Source of the DNA: an uncultured Candidatus Saccharibacteria bacterium
Lineage (GTDB): Bacteria; Patescibacteriota; Saccharimonadia; Saccharimonadales; JAGQNJ01
NCBI GenBank assembly: GCA_964590205.1
Contig: CAZPVO010000006.1
Coordinates: 1 to 44,033 of the forward strand
Reading direction: 5' to 3'
DNA: 44,033 nucleotides
Shown one piece after another: positions 8,154 through 17,144 of this stretch; positions within the stretch are counted from its first letter, which is position 1, and each line of letters starts with the position of its first letter. The notes under the pieces are model-generated. The model ran no database searches. It was not told the origin of the DNA and saw only the letters and a list, made by a program, of their open reading frames with translations. The position numbers and the translations under genes are program-made.

Positions 8154-9014
8154 CTATTTATTAAAAGCTTGTCTAAATTTTGGTACAAGAATTAAGCAGC
8201 TGCTAACTAGGATTCCCAATACACCAACCCAAACTAACATAACTGTTTGGTGATTAAAGGTAGCGATGAACGCATTATAGAGGTTACCAACGACTGTTCG
8301 ACCCTCTGGTGTCGCAACACGTGACAGAATTGGTGGGCGAAACAGTGGACCAACAAGTAATCCAAACAAACTCGCAAGGAGTAGTGCTGCGCTTTGGGTT
8401 GCCAAAATAATTTTGTAATCTGAGCGCCATTTTGCATATGGAAAAATTATCAGCACAACTGCACCGATAAACGCAATTGGACCAAGCCACAAAAAGACGA
8501 CACTATATTTGTAGAAGTCAGGGATTTTATCTTTGTCGAGAATAGTAATTTCTGATGGAATATTATCCGGGTTAATTTTAATGTCCCGATATTGACCAAC
8601 TACATCAACAACTTTAGTGATGAGATCTTTTGGTCCAGACAAATCAATCGTAATTGATTGTTGATTGTTAGATGTCACGGCAACTTGCAGTTTACTAATA
8701 ACTTTGGTGAGAATATTTTCAACTTGGTCACTGCCTAAAATTCCACTAATAACATTGGTAGCTGAATTGCCGATAACATTTCGCGCAGTCGGATAGTCCT
8801 CAAGAGCTTTATTAACAATTTGCCCCGCAATTGCGTTTCGACTACTTTCAGAAGTAATCGAGGTTGTCGCAACATTCGTAAAATTATTTGTATCAAAAAT
8901 ATAGCGGTTCACCCAAACTGCTGAGTTTGCCACACAGAACAAAATTGCCGCAGCGACTGCGGAAATCATAGTTCCCTTCATCCACCCAGATTTCGAAGTT
9001 TTCTCTTGAGCCAT
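8154..9014 (-). CDS. Hypothetical integral membrane protein (N-terminal TM, extracellular helical domain, three C-terminal TMs)
   Basis: Long ORF with a clear hydrophobicity pattern. GAGGAG SD precedes ATG 9014. Confidence 0.8.
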   Translation of the reverse strand: MAQEKTSKSGWMKGTMISAVAAAILFCVANSAVWVNRYIFDTNNFTNVATTSITSESSRNAIAGQIVNKALEDYPTARNVIGNSATNVISGILGSDQVENILTKVISKLQVAVTSNNQQSITIDLSGPKDLITKVVDVVGQYRDIKINPDNIPSEITILDKDKIPDFYKYSVVFLWLGPIAFIGAVVLIIFPYAKWRSDYKIILATQSAALLLASLFGLLVGPLFRPPILSRVATPEGRTVVGNLYNAFIATFNHQTVMLVWVGVLGILVSSCLILVPKFRQAFNK

Positions 9015-9102
9015 AGTTCTCTCCTCTTTCAGACTATTATTTGCGTTAGGCGGCAATATAGCAAGCATAAGCATTGTGATGTCCGTGCTACTATTGAATA
9101 CA

Positions 9103-9351
9103 ATGTGGCAAGATAAAGTTATTGCACTTTGTCAGGTAGGCGCAATTGTAGCCCTGCAGTTTATTATTTGGAGCCGTGAGAAGCCTTCACTTACGAGTTC
9201 CGTTATGAATACTGTTTTCCCGCTCATTATTAGTTTTTGTATGTATACGCTGCATCTTTACTGGGCGATGACAACTGCAGGAATCATTGGCTTATCATGG
9301 GGCGTGGTTACAATTCAAATCCTGATGAAGAAAAGAGCGAAGAACAACTAG
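9103..9351 (+). CDS. Small three-helix membrane protein
   Basis: Hydrophobic ORF MWQDKVI...; start uncertain (9076 or 9103). Confidence 0.6.
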   Translation: MWQDKVIALCQVGAIVALQFIIWSREKPSLTSSVMNTVFPLIISFCMYTLHLYWAMTTAGIIGLSWGVVTIQILMKKRAKNN

Positions 9352-9412
9352 TAACAGATAGAGTTATCTGGTAGAATAATCCATTGTTACGTTAGAATAA
9401 ACGCTTCGTGAA

Positions 9413-9489
9413 CGGGGTGTGGCGCAGTTGGCTAGCGCGCGCGGTTTGGGACCGTGAGGTCGAAGGTTCGAGTCCTTTCACCCCGACCA
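9413..9489 (+). tRNA. tRNA-Pro (TGG)
   Basis: CGGGGTG/CACCCCG acceptor, anticodon loop TTTGGGA, GGTTCGAGTCC T arm, 3' ACCA. Confidence 0.96.
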
Positions 9490-9551
9490 TGAGTTGTTTA
9501 TTCTACCTTCACTCGCCCATCGAGTTATGACTCAATCTGTGGCATAATTAT

Positions 9552-9716
9552 ATGCACATGAGATACGCCTCGATATTTGTCACCATTTTGCTGATTTGGG
9601 TCGCAATTATTCTCATGGCTTTTACTCGGCACAGTTCAACAGATGTATTTGAGTTATATCTTGGCGCTGTTGGCTCAACACTGATACTTTTTCTGATCGG
9701 ATTTGCAAAAAAATAA
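9552..9716 (+). CDS. 54-aa two-TM microprotein, not in the ORF track
   Basis: MHMRYASIFVTILLIWVAIILMAFTRHSSTDVFELYLGAVGSTLILFLIGFAKK, ending 12 nt before the ABC1 kinase. Alternative start at 9558. Confidence 0.7.
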   Translation: MHMRYASIFVTILLIWVAIILMAFTRHSSTDVFELYLGAVGSTLILFLIGFAKK

Positions 9717-9728
9717 CAGGGGGTCTTT

Positions 9729-11246
9729 TTGCGCAACATCGCTGCAATAAAGCGTTATCGTACTAAAAAAATTGCACGGCTCGCCACCCGAGCCTACTAT
9801 TTTTATCGTCGCGGCAAAATGGATAAGGTGGCTACGATTATCTGCGAAGATTTTATTGAGCTTGGTGGTGTATACGTCAAATTCCTCCAGGGTGTTATGC
9901 TCAAAAGCAAAATGATGAAAGGCTGGAAAACCAATAACCGGCTTAAGGTTTTTGAGAATCTTGACTCTGAGCCAATTAACGTTAAAGCGATTTTAGCGTA
10001 TGAGCTTGGCACAGGTGTCGTCGAAGAGAATTTTCGTATGATTCAGCCCGAGCCATTTGCCGCTGGCAGCTTTGGTCAGGTTTATTTTGCTGAACTCAAA
10101 ACCGGCGAACAGGTCATTATTAAAGTGCTGCGTCCGATGATTCGAGATTTACTTAAGTATGACCTCACTCTGCTTGGCTGGTTTAGTCGACGATTCCTAA
10201 AATACTACACCAGCATGGATGTCAAAATGGATCAGGCAGTTGATGATTTTCGCCAAGCTACTTTGCGTGAAACTGATTATATTGCCGAAGCCGGTTTTGC
10301 CGCCGAAATGTATGAGTATTATAAAGGCAATCAATTTCTCTACATTCCAAAAACATATCTGGAATTCTGTTCACCAAACGTTATCGTACAGGAATATGTT
10401 GGCGGAATTTCGGCGGCGCAATTGTTGTCGCTGAAAGAGCAGGGTATCGATCCGCGGCAATATGTATGGGAACAGCTTGGCTCGGATATTGATGTGCAGC
10501 TGGAGATGTTAGGTTTTGAATCGCTGCGCGCAATCTTTACACTTGAGAAGATTCAAGGCGATCCGCATCCTGGTAACGTACGATTTTTGCACGGTAACAA
10601 AATCGGTTTAATCGATTTTGGAATTTCCGCCAAAACACCAAGCAACAAAGCCGCCTTTTTTGGGCTTTTGGAGGAGTGGAACAAACTCTATAGTAACAGC
10701 CAGAATATCAGCAGTTTGTTTGAACAATTCATGCGGTTTTTTGTAAGCGACCTGTACAAGGCCTTAAAGCGACTGAGTGCTTTGTCGTCAAACTCCAGCA
10801 ATTTCACTCAGCACATTGGTCAGGTTGCACAGGAATCTTTCGCAAAAATTAGTGGCGGCCAGGATATTCGACCACTGGTTGAAGATGGTCGTGCCCTGAC
10901 AATCATCAACCACATGATTAACAAAAATAATCGTTTCGGATTGGTGGTAAAAGTTGAAGCCTCCGATATTTTGCGCGCAGCTCAGACTTACTTTTCGCTG
11001 ATTGAAAGTTTTGGCCGACGAAGCGTAGTTATGCCACGTGTTTTTACTCGAGTCGTGAACGATGTTGCTGCGAACCATCCAGAATTTAGAAACCACCAGG
11101 AAGAAAACATGAGCATTAACGATGCCATCATCACTGTCACCTCGTGGCTCGAGCGTGTCGCTGAGCGTGACCCGAATTTGTTTGCACAACTCATCAGACG
11201 TATTAAAATAAAGCCAGACGTAACACCACCACCACATCATGCTTAA
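9729..11246 (+). CDS. ABC1/AarF/UbiB family atypical kinase
   Basis: PFAAGSFGQVY A-rich loop, IIKVLRP, ETDY..EA, GDPHPGN and IDFG. The KxGQ motif appears as KFLQ. Confidence 0.9.
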   Translation: MRNIAAIKRYRTKKIARLATRAYYFYRRGKMDKVATIICEDFIELGGVYVKFLQGVMLKSKMMKGWKTNNRLKVFENLDSEPINVKAILAYELGTGVVEENFRMIQPEPFAAGSFGQVYFAELKTGEQVIIKVLRPMIRDLLKYDLTLLGWFSRRFLKYYTSMDVKMDQAVDDFRQATLRETDYIAEAGFAAEMYEYYKGNQFLYIPKTYLEFCSPNVIVQEYVGGISAAQLLSLKEQGIDPRQYVWEQLGSDIDVQLEMLGFESLRAIFTLEKIQGDPHPGNVRFLHGNKIGLIDFGISAKTPSNKAAFFGLLEEWNKLYSNSQNISSLFEQFMRFFVSDLYKALKRLSALSSNSSNFTQHIGQVAQESFAKISGGQDIRPLVEDGRALTIINHMINKNNRFGLVVKVEASDILRAAQTYFSLIESFGRRSVVMPRVFTRVVNDVAANHPEFRNHQEENMSINDAIITVTSWLERVAERDPNLFAQLIRRIKIKPDVTPPPHHA

Positions 11247-11427
11247 AGAAGTCTTACTATTCATCAAATACCCTTACTCCGCCGGAATCATTGCGACGAT
11301 TTGGCTTGGTAGTGCCGCATTACTTGCGATTGATCGCGATATTCCATTTGTGAAAGTTGTCTTGATAAATATGTTTTGCAGCGTGATTATTGCAGCTATT
11401 GGATTTGCCGGAAAAAGCGAAGCTTAG
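11239..11427 (+). CDS. 62-aa two-TM microprotein
   Basis: Overlaps the kinase stop by 8 nt. Two hydrophobic helices, ending IGFAGKSEA. Confidence 0.7.
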   Translation: MLKEVLLFIKYPYSAGIIATIWLGSAALLAIDRDIPFVKVVLINMFCSVIIAAIGFAGKSEA

Positions 11428-11979
11428 CTAGAGTACTTCTTGCTTTAATATTTCGAGAAGTTCAGGAAATTCTTTAAACCGAGGTTCGATATCGCTCGAA
11501 AAATGTTGCATGCCGTGGAAAATCTTCAGACTGGCATCGAGCTGATCGGCAATATACTTTGCACCGTCTAGGGGACAGTGCGGATCATTATCAGAATGAA
11601 TCACAATAAATTTATCAGCATGCTTTTTAATCTTGGGGTAGTCAAAAGGTACATCAACACCCTCTAGCTTTTCCCAGCCTAAATCACCACGAAAAACACC
11701 AACTAAAACACCGGTGTTTATTTTCGTGTCATCAGGTAACGCTTGCAGCAAACCATTAATAGCAACTGCGCCCGATGAGTGTCCAATCATTACATTATCA
11801 TTAAAATCCCAACCACTCTTTAGCAAAAAGTCATTATAGACATCAATTTTAGGATGATCAGCATTAGGTAAATCTGGTACCCAAACTTCGTGACCTAATT
11901 TTTCGAGTTGCTCTTTAAGCCATGGGAACCAGTGTTCTTTGTGACTAGCGTCGGTACCATGTAAAATGACTACCTTCAT
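11428..11979 (-). CDS. RBBP9/YdeN family alpha/beta hydrolase
   Basis: ILHG..HWFPWL, GHSSG nucleophile elbow, HSDNDP, HF. Confidence 0.9.
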   Translation of the reverse strand: MKVVILHGTDASHKEHWFPWLKEQLEKLGHEVWVPDLPNADHPKIDVYNDFLLKSGWDFNDNVMIGHSSGAVAINGLLQALPDDTKINTGVLVGVFRGDLGWEKLEGVDVPFDYPKIKKHADKFIVIHSDNDPHCPLDGAKYIADQLDASLKIFHGMQHFSSDIEPRFKEFPELLEILKQEVL

Positions 11980-11983
11980 ACCG

Positions 11984-12628
11984 CTATGATACCAGTTTTA
12001 AAAACTCTTCCCAATCATTGGCAATTATTGTTGGCTTCAGTGCTAGTAAATCTTTCTTGGAATAATACTCAGAGCGCGACTCATACCAAAACAAACATGA
12101 ATCAACACCTGCGTTATTGGCTGCACCAATATCCGCCAAGCCATCGCCAATCATAATAGTTTCCTCCGGATTTGCCCCCAACTCTTCCATAGCCTTATAT
12201 AGTGATTCCGGATGTGGTTTATGTTCTTTTACGCCCTCGTGTGTAATAACCGCGTCAAAACCGCCCACTAAATCATGGCTCTCTAACATATTCCCAACTA
12301 CTTCACGAAAAGCCCGAGTGACAAGTGCAGTTCTGCAGTTATTTTTATGTAGAACCTGGAGCATCTCAATCACACCTGGCATAAGTGGAATATTCTTAAC
12401 ATGGTTTGGCGCAATTTTTTCACCATAATTTTTTATCTCAAGCCACCGCTCATCCGATATCTCAACAAATTCGCGAATTCTTGACCAATTGCTGATACAA
12501 ATTATTTGTTGCGCATTAGTAAGCTTTAAATCGCCGAACTTAATTATTTCCTGAAAAACTTTGTCCCAGGCTGGCAATGAGTCCAGTAATGTTCCATCCC
12601 AATCAAAAAGAAAAGTACTATATTTCAT
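11984..12628 (-). CDS. HAD family hydrolase (phosphoglycolate phosphatase/PpaX-like)
   Basis: FDWDGTLLDS, KPHPE and IGD...D motifs. ATGA overlap with the upstream gene. Confidence 0.9.
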   Translation of the reverse strand: MKYSTFLFDWDGTLLDSLPAWDKVFQEIIKFGDLKLTNAQQIICISNWSRIREFVEISDERWLEIKNYGEKIAPNHVKNIPLMPGVIEMLQVLHKNNCRTALVTRAFREVVGNMLESHDLVGGFDAVITHEGVKEHKPHPESLYKAMEELGANPEETIMIGDGLADIGAANNAGVDSCLFWYESRSEYYSKKDLLALKPTIIANDWEEFLKLVS

Positions 12629-13155
12629 AGTTCGTACTTCCAGCCAGGTTGCCACTGCCAATGTTCGTTAATGCAGTCTTCCAGCGACTTGCCAGTAATC
12701 CAATGTTCTAAGCCGTAATGAGTTGCGCGCGAACCAATCACGACAATTGTTTTACCTTCAAACTTTTTCTTCAAATCATCAACAAATGATTTCATTCGCT
12801 GCATGCACTGCTCGTAGCTTTCGCCATTTGGAAACGGATTTTTAATGCGGTTAATTCGCTCTTTAGCAATAAAATCATTCGGTTTATGTTCGAAGTCGCC
12901 GTAGTTACATTCACGAAGTCGCCAATCAATAAAAACTTTCTTGGGATCTTTACCGACTGCGATATTTGCCGTATGAATCGCCCGCTCAAGGTCAGAGCAA
13001 AATACTACGTCTACACCACGCTCTTTGCATCTCTCAGCAATGGGTTGCGTTTTTTGGATGCCTTGCTTTGAAAGCTTGGCGTTGTTCCATCCCGAAGCAA
13101 TTCCTGCTTCGTTGTCTTCACTTGGCCCATGCGACTCAAACCAAATCGTAATCAT
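12625..13155 (-). CDS. Histidine phosphatase (phosphoglycerate mutase-like) family protein
   Basis: SHG (variant of RHG), SDLERAIHT, LRECNYG, GES. Confidence 0.85.
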   Translation of the reverse strand: MITIWFESHGPSEDNEAGIASGWNNAKLSKQGIQKTQPIAERCKERGVDVVFCSDLERAIHTANIAVGKDPKKVFIDWRLRECNYGDFEHKPNDFIAKERINRIKNPFPNGESYEQCMQRMKSFVDDLKKKFEGKTIVVIGSRATHYGLEHWITGKSLEDCINEHWQWQPGWKYEL

Positions 13156-13157
13156 AG

Positions 13158-14672
13158 CTACTTGGCGAATTCGATAGCTCGAGTTTCGCGGATAACGTTA
13201 ACTTTGATTGTTCCCGGGTATTGCATTGTCGATTCAATTTTATTGGCAATGTCGCGAGCGATCTTGATAGCGGTCAAGTCATCAACTGACTGAGGCTTCA
13301 CAAATACGCGAACTTCACGGCCCGCACTGATCGCGTAAGACTTCTCGATGCCGTCAAAACTATTGGCTACATTCTCTAGGTCTTTCATACGCTCAATAAA
13401 GTTCTCGGCACTGATGTTTCGAGCGCCAGGACGTGATGCGCTCATGGCATCCACCACACGTACGATGACAGCTTCAGTCGAAGTTGCCTCCACATCGTCA
13501 TGATGCTGTTCAGCTGCTAAGGCAACTTCTTCTGGGGCTCCGTATTTTCTGAGCACTTCGCCACTAATGTGGTGATGCTTTCCTTCGACTTTGTGAGTTA
13601 ATGCCTTACCAATATCGTGTACAAGCGCAGCGTACTTGGTGGTTTTAACGTCAGCACCAACTTCTTCGGCAATAATGCCAGCAATGTGCGCCATTTCAGT
13701 ACTGTGCTTTAGAACATTTTGGCCATAACTGGTTCGGAATCTTAGTTCACCAAGCAACTGCAAAATTTCTTTTGGTACTCCGATGATGCCAACCTCACGA
13801 GCAGCATCCTCGCCAGCCCGAATGACATCTTTTTGGACATTCTTCTGGGCTTTTTCGACAACTTCTTCAATTCGGCCTGGATGAACACGACCGTCTTTAA
13901 GGAGCATTTCTAAAGCTTGGCGAGCAACTTCACGTCGTACTGGATCAAAACTGCTAAGAACAATATATCCAGGTGTGTCATCAACAAGAATATCAACACC
14001 AGTGGCTTTTTGAAGCGCTTGAATATTGCGGCCCTCTTTACCAATAATGCGACCTTTCATTTCTTCGTCTTCGAGCTTGATGCTTGTAATGGTTCGCTCG
14101 GCAGTTACTTCACTAGCCATACGTTCCATCGCTGTCGTAATAATGACACCTGCTTTCTCTTCGGCATTTTCTTTTGCTTCGTTTTGCAGTTTTGCAACAA
14201 GACCAGTTAGATCACCTTTAATATCCCGCTCGGTCATCGCCATCAATTTTTCACTGGCTTCAGTCTTAGACAGCTTGGCAATTTTTTCTAACTTTTCTTG
14301 CTGCTTGGTTCGAATAGCACGAATTTCATCCTTCAGAGCTTCAACTTCATCTTCCGAATTGCGTAAGTTGTCGGTACGTTTATCGAGTTGATCAAGTTTT
14401 TTATCAAGTGTTTCTTCGCGGTCAAGCAAACGCTGTTCGATAACCTTTAATTCCTTGCGGCGTGCTTGTTCGTCTTTACGGGCTTCTTCAGCTAACTGCG
14501 CAGCTTCTTCGCGAGCTTTTGCCATTTGCTTGTCAGCTTCCTTCTTGGCCCTGTCCAGTTCCTTTTGAGCATTAGCTTCCGCAGACCCTAATTTTTTCTT
14601 GGTTACCGCTGTGCTGGCGCCAAAACCAAGGGCAATACCAAGTACAGCCAATACAATTGATACTGGTTCCAT
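13158..14672 (-). CDS. rny: Ribonuclease Y
   Basis: N-terminal TM, coiled coil, KH domain (MKGRIIGKEGRNI), HD domain (HDIGKA) and C-terminal YPGTIKVNVIRE. AAGGAG SD. Confidence 0.97.
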   Translation of the reverse strand: MEPVSIVLAVLGIALGFGASTAVTKKKLGSAEANAQKELDRAKKEADKQMAKAREEAAQLAEEARKDEQARRKELKVIEQRLLDREETLDKKLDQLDKRTDNLRNSEDEVEALKDEIRAIRTKQQEKLEKIAKLSKTEASEKLMAMTERDIKGDLTGLVAKLQNEAKENAEEKAGVIITTAMERMASEVTAERTITSIKLEDEEMKGRIIGKEGRNIQALQKATGVDILVDDTPGYIVLSSFDPVRREVARQALEMLLKDGRVHPGRIEEVVEKAQKNVQKDVIRAGEDAAREVGIIGVPKEILQLLGELRFRTSYGQNVLKHSTEMAHIAGIIAEEVGADVKTTKYAALVHDIGKALTHKVEGKHHHISGEVLRKYGAPEEVALAAEQHHDDVEATSTEAVIVRVVDAMSASRPGARNISAENFIERMKDLENVANSFDGIEKSYAISAGREVRVFVKPQSVDDLTAIKIARDIANKIESTMQYPGTIKVNVIRETRAIEFAK

Positions 14673-14690
14673 ATCTGTTCTCCTTTACAA

Positions 14691-14778
14691 CTGAAGATAT
14701 GTCAAAACGGCGATCACTATCACTTCTTTAGCCATTTTATTCTTCAGAATTTCAAATAAGTAAAATGTGGACTTACTC
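14691..14778 (-). promoter_or_regulatory. Structured 5' leader of rny (two hairpins)
   Basis: Inverted repeats CTGAAGA (14691-14697)/TCTTCAG (14741-14747) enclose AAAACGGC/GCCATTTT. A second short hairpin lies at 14758-14778. Confidence 0.5.
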
Positions 14779-14832
14779 CCAAAATGCGTAAAATCCTATC
14801 AATATAATAATTGACGGCCAAAATTTTAACAA

Positions 14833-15225
14833 TTATCTTTTTTGTTTTGTGATATGAGGATCACTGCCATAGTCTGGCATAACAATTTTTTCGTTTTCGT
14901 TATTTAAAAGTTGGTCAATACCGTCATTGATCCAGTCGCTGCCAGAAGTACCAGCTATGTTTGCAGATAAATCAGTCGCTAGAGTATTTGCGATTGTCAG
15001 ACCAATTCTGAGTCCAGTAAAACTACCAGGCCCCTTAAAGCAAACTATGCCTTCAATGCTGTGCCAGTCTTTATCATTCTTTTTTAATAGTGCGTCGATT
15101 TTTTGATGAATAGTTCGTGAAAGTTGTTTGTGCCCTTCCCATTTTTCATAATCGATCTTGGCCGTATCATCAAATAGGCCAATTTCAGCAAGCGGATTAT
15201 CAGTTCGAATCGTCAAAATAATCAT
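14833..15225 (-). CDS. tsaB: tRNA threonylcarbamoyladenosine biosynthesis protein TsaB (short form)
   Basis: GPGSFTGLRIG motif, coupled to tsaE, only 130 aa. Confidence 0.9.
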   Translation of the reverse strand: MIILTIRTDNPLAEIGLFDDTAKIDYEKWEGHKQLSRTIHQKIDALLKKNDKDWHSIEGIVCFKGPGSFTGLRIGLTIANTLATDLSANIAGTSGSDWINDGIDQLLNNENEKIVMPDYGSDPHITKQKR

Positions 15226-15686
15226 AGATTTTCCACCAAATATTTTAAGGATTCCGGGTAGCTAAGTTCGAATTTACGACTGTTTTCTCCGGTTGATTTT
15301 ATTGTGATCGTCAGTCGCTGCTTTGGCAAGACATGCTGCACGACATCCGACCACTCAACCACAATCACATTTTCCGGATCGTCTAATACCTCTTTTAAAT
15401 CATGTTCGATGAGTCCGGCTTCATGTAATCGATAAAAATCAAAGTGATGAATTTCAAAATTTTTTGTCTTATATATATTATTTATCGTAAAAGTGGGGCT
15501 GGAAACATGATCTTCACTGCCTGCCCCATTCACCAAGCCGCGCACAAAGGTTGTTTTACCACCGCCTAAATCACTAACAAGCTCGATTACTTCTCCACCT
15601 TTAAGCTGGTGGCCCAATTTTTGGCCGATTTTTTCCGTTGCGTCGGAGTCTTTGGAATTTACTTGCAATGTCTGTACGGTACTCAT
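15222..15686 (-). CDS. tsaE: tRNA threonylcarbamoyladenosine biosynthesis ATPase TsaE
   Basis: DLGGGKTTF, VSSPTF, HFDFYRL, VVEW. Confidence 0.95.
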   Translation of the reverse strand: MSTVQTLQVNSKDSDATEKIGQKLGHQLKGGEVIELVSDLGGGKTTFVRGLVNGAGSEDHVSSPTFTINNIYKTKNFEIHHFDFYRLHEAGLIEHDLKEVLDDPENVIVVEWSDVVQHVLPKQRLTITIKSTGENSRKFELSYPESLKYLVENL

Positions 15687-17019
15687 ATCCTGCATATCCT
15701 ACCGCGATCGCTCCCACCCCTGCAAGTATTGCCGGGTGGATTGGACCCGCAACGCCAAGTTTTTTATCTGCCGGGGGTTGATCGCTGGCTGTATTTTTGG
15801 GCTTGGTGGAACTTGCCTTTGGCTTGGTCGTTTTAGCGGCCGCAACTTTCGCCTTGGTGGTTGACTTTGTAGCTGAAGTTTTCGGCTTCGCTGTTGAAGT
15901 CTTTTTAGCTGTAACGGCACTTGCAGTTACATCACTTGTTAAAATATTTGCCTGGCCTGGCGTTGGCGTGGTCGACCACTGCCAATTAGCGCCAATCAAA
16001 ATCCAAGCCATGTTGTCTTTGGCTGTATCATACACGTCAGTTTCGCTCAGCACAGAGCCGTTCGAATCAAGAATGCGAGCTTTGCCAGCAGAATTAGAAA
16101 GAACTAAATTCGTATCCTTCGAATACAGGGCTACATATTGGTCGGGCGCCAACATAATAGCACCGAGGGTGAAGTGATAACTAAAATCATTGCCAGTTTC
16201 AAGCTGATAGTTCTGAAGGTTCACGGCTTGAGTATTAGGATTATATAGTTCCACAAATTCATCATTCGCATCGGTGCCAGGAGAGCCCGGGTTAGGGAGC
16301 AGCTCAGTTATCAATATTGGGAGCTCAGGCTCCGCTGGCACGTCTGGTTGAGGAATTGGATCTGATGAAGAATCGGTATTGCTTGGATCCGGAGCAGGCG
16401 AGGGGTCACTCGATGACTGGTCATCATCAGGGTTTGGCACTACTAGACCACTTGATTCTGGAGTTGGTGAAGCGACTATAAAATCCTGGTTATTATTATC
16501 GGTATCTTGGTAGCTTCCATCTGTCTGAACTTTTCGCTGTAAGCTCTCACCACCATTCGGTGCTGGCGTGGCCTGCGTCTCTGGTATGCTCGCTGAGCCC
16601 CACCCAACTAAATCATGAATAATGAGGCTATTTTCTGTACTAACCAATCGAATTTGTCCACCAGTTTTAGCCAGCGTGGCGGCAAAGGAAGTATTAGCTT
16701 GCTGGGTTAAGTATCCAGACGACGCAATTAAGTAACGGCCATGAGAACTGAGTGTGCCACTCAGACTAATAACCCGGCTTGGCGTAGCAAAATTTGTACT
16801 GCTAGCCGATGTATACTCAATCCGGTAGTTTGCTAAATTAATTGCTGTATCGCTTTGATTGTAGAGTTCGATAAATTCCTCACTAGCCGATGTGCTACTA
16901 CCGGTTTGCACCTCAACTATGAGCATCCCGCTCGGATTTGTCAGAGCATAAGCGGAACCACTGAGAGTGAAAAAAATAAGGAGCGCTCCGAGGAGCACCC
17001 CCACCAACAAATTTTTCAT
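15601..17019 (-). CDS. Membrane-anchored protein with two lamin-tail domains
   Basis: Signal peptide, two LTD repeats (EEFIELYN; ITELLPNP...DEFVELYN...PTPG), an acidic Pro linker, a K/T/A-rich stretch and a C-terminal TM. Confidence 0.85.
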   Translation of the reverse strand: MKNLLVGVLLGALLIFFTLSGSAYALTNPSGMLIVEVQTGSSTSASEEFIELYNQSDTAINLANYRIEYTSASSTNFATPSRVISLSGTLSSHGRYLIASSGYLTQQANTSFAATLAKTGGQIRLVSTENSLIIHDLVGWGSASIPETQATPAPNGGESLQRKVQTDGSYQDTDNNNQDFIVASPTPESSGLVVPNPDDDQSSSDPSPAPDPSNTDSSSDPIPQPDVPAEPELPILITELLPNPGSPGTDANDEFVELYNPNTQAVNLQNYQLETGNDFSYHFTLGAIMLAPDQYVALYSKDTNLVLSNSAGKARILDSNGSVLSETDVYDTAKDNMAWILIGANWQWSTTPTPGQANILTSDVTASAVTAKKTSTAKPKTSATKSTTKAKVAAAKTTKPKASSTKPKNTASDQPPADKKLGVAGPIHPAILAGVGAIAVGYAGYEYRTDIASKFQRLRRNGKNRPKIGPPA

Positions 17020-17144
17020 GGCCAAAATTGTATACCCAAAATCCATGTTGACAAGTGTTTTTTGTACATCAAATTTGACGTCAGTGGTATGATATATGCT
17101 ACCTAATCATCATGTAAAAAATATGGGGTATACTAATAACAGTT

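Noticed and set aside
9413-11427. Integrated element at tRNA-Pro
   Set aside because: No integrase and no duplicated tRNA 3' end were found by eye.
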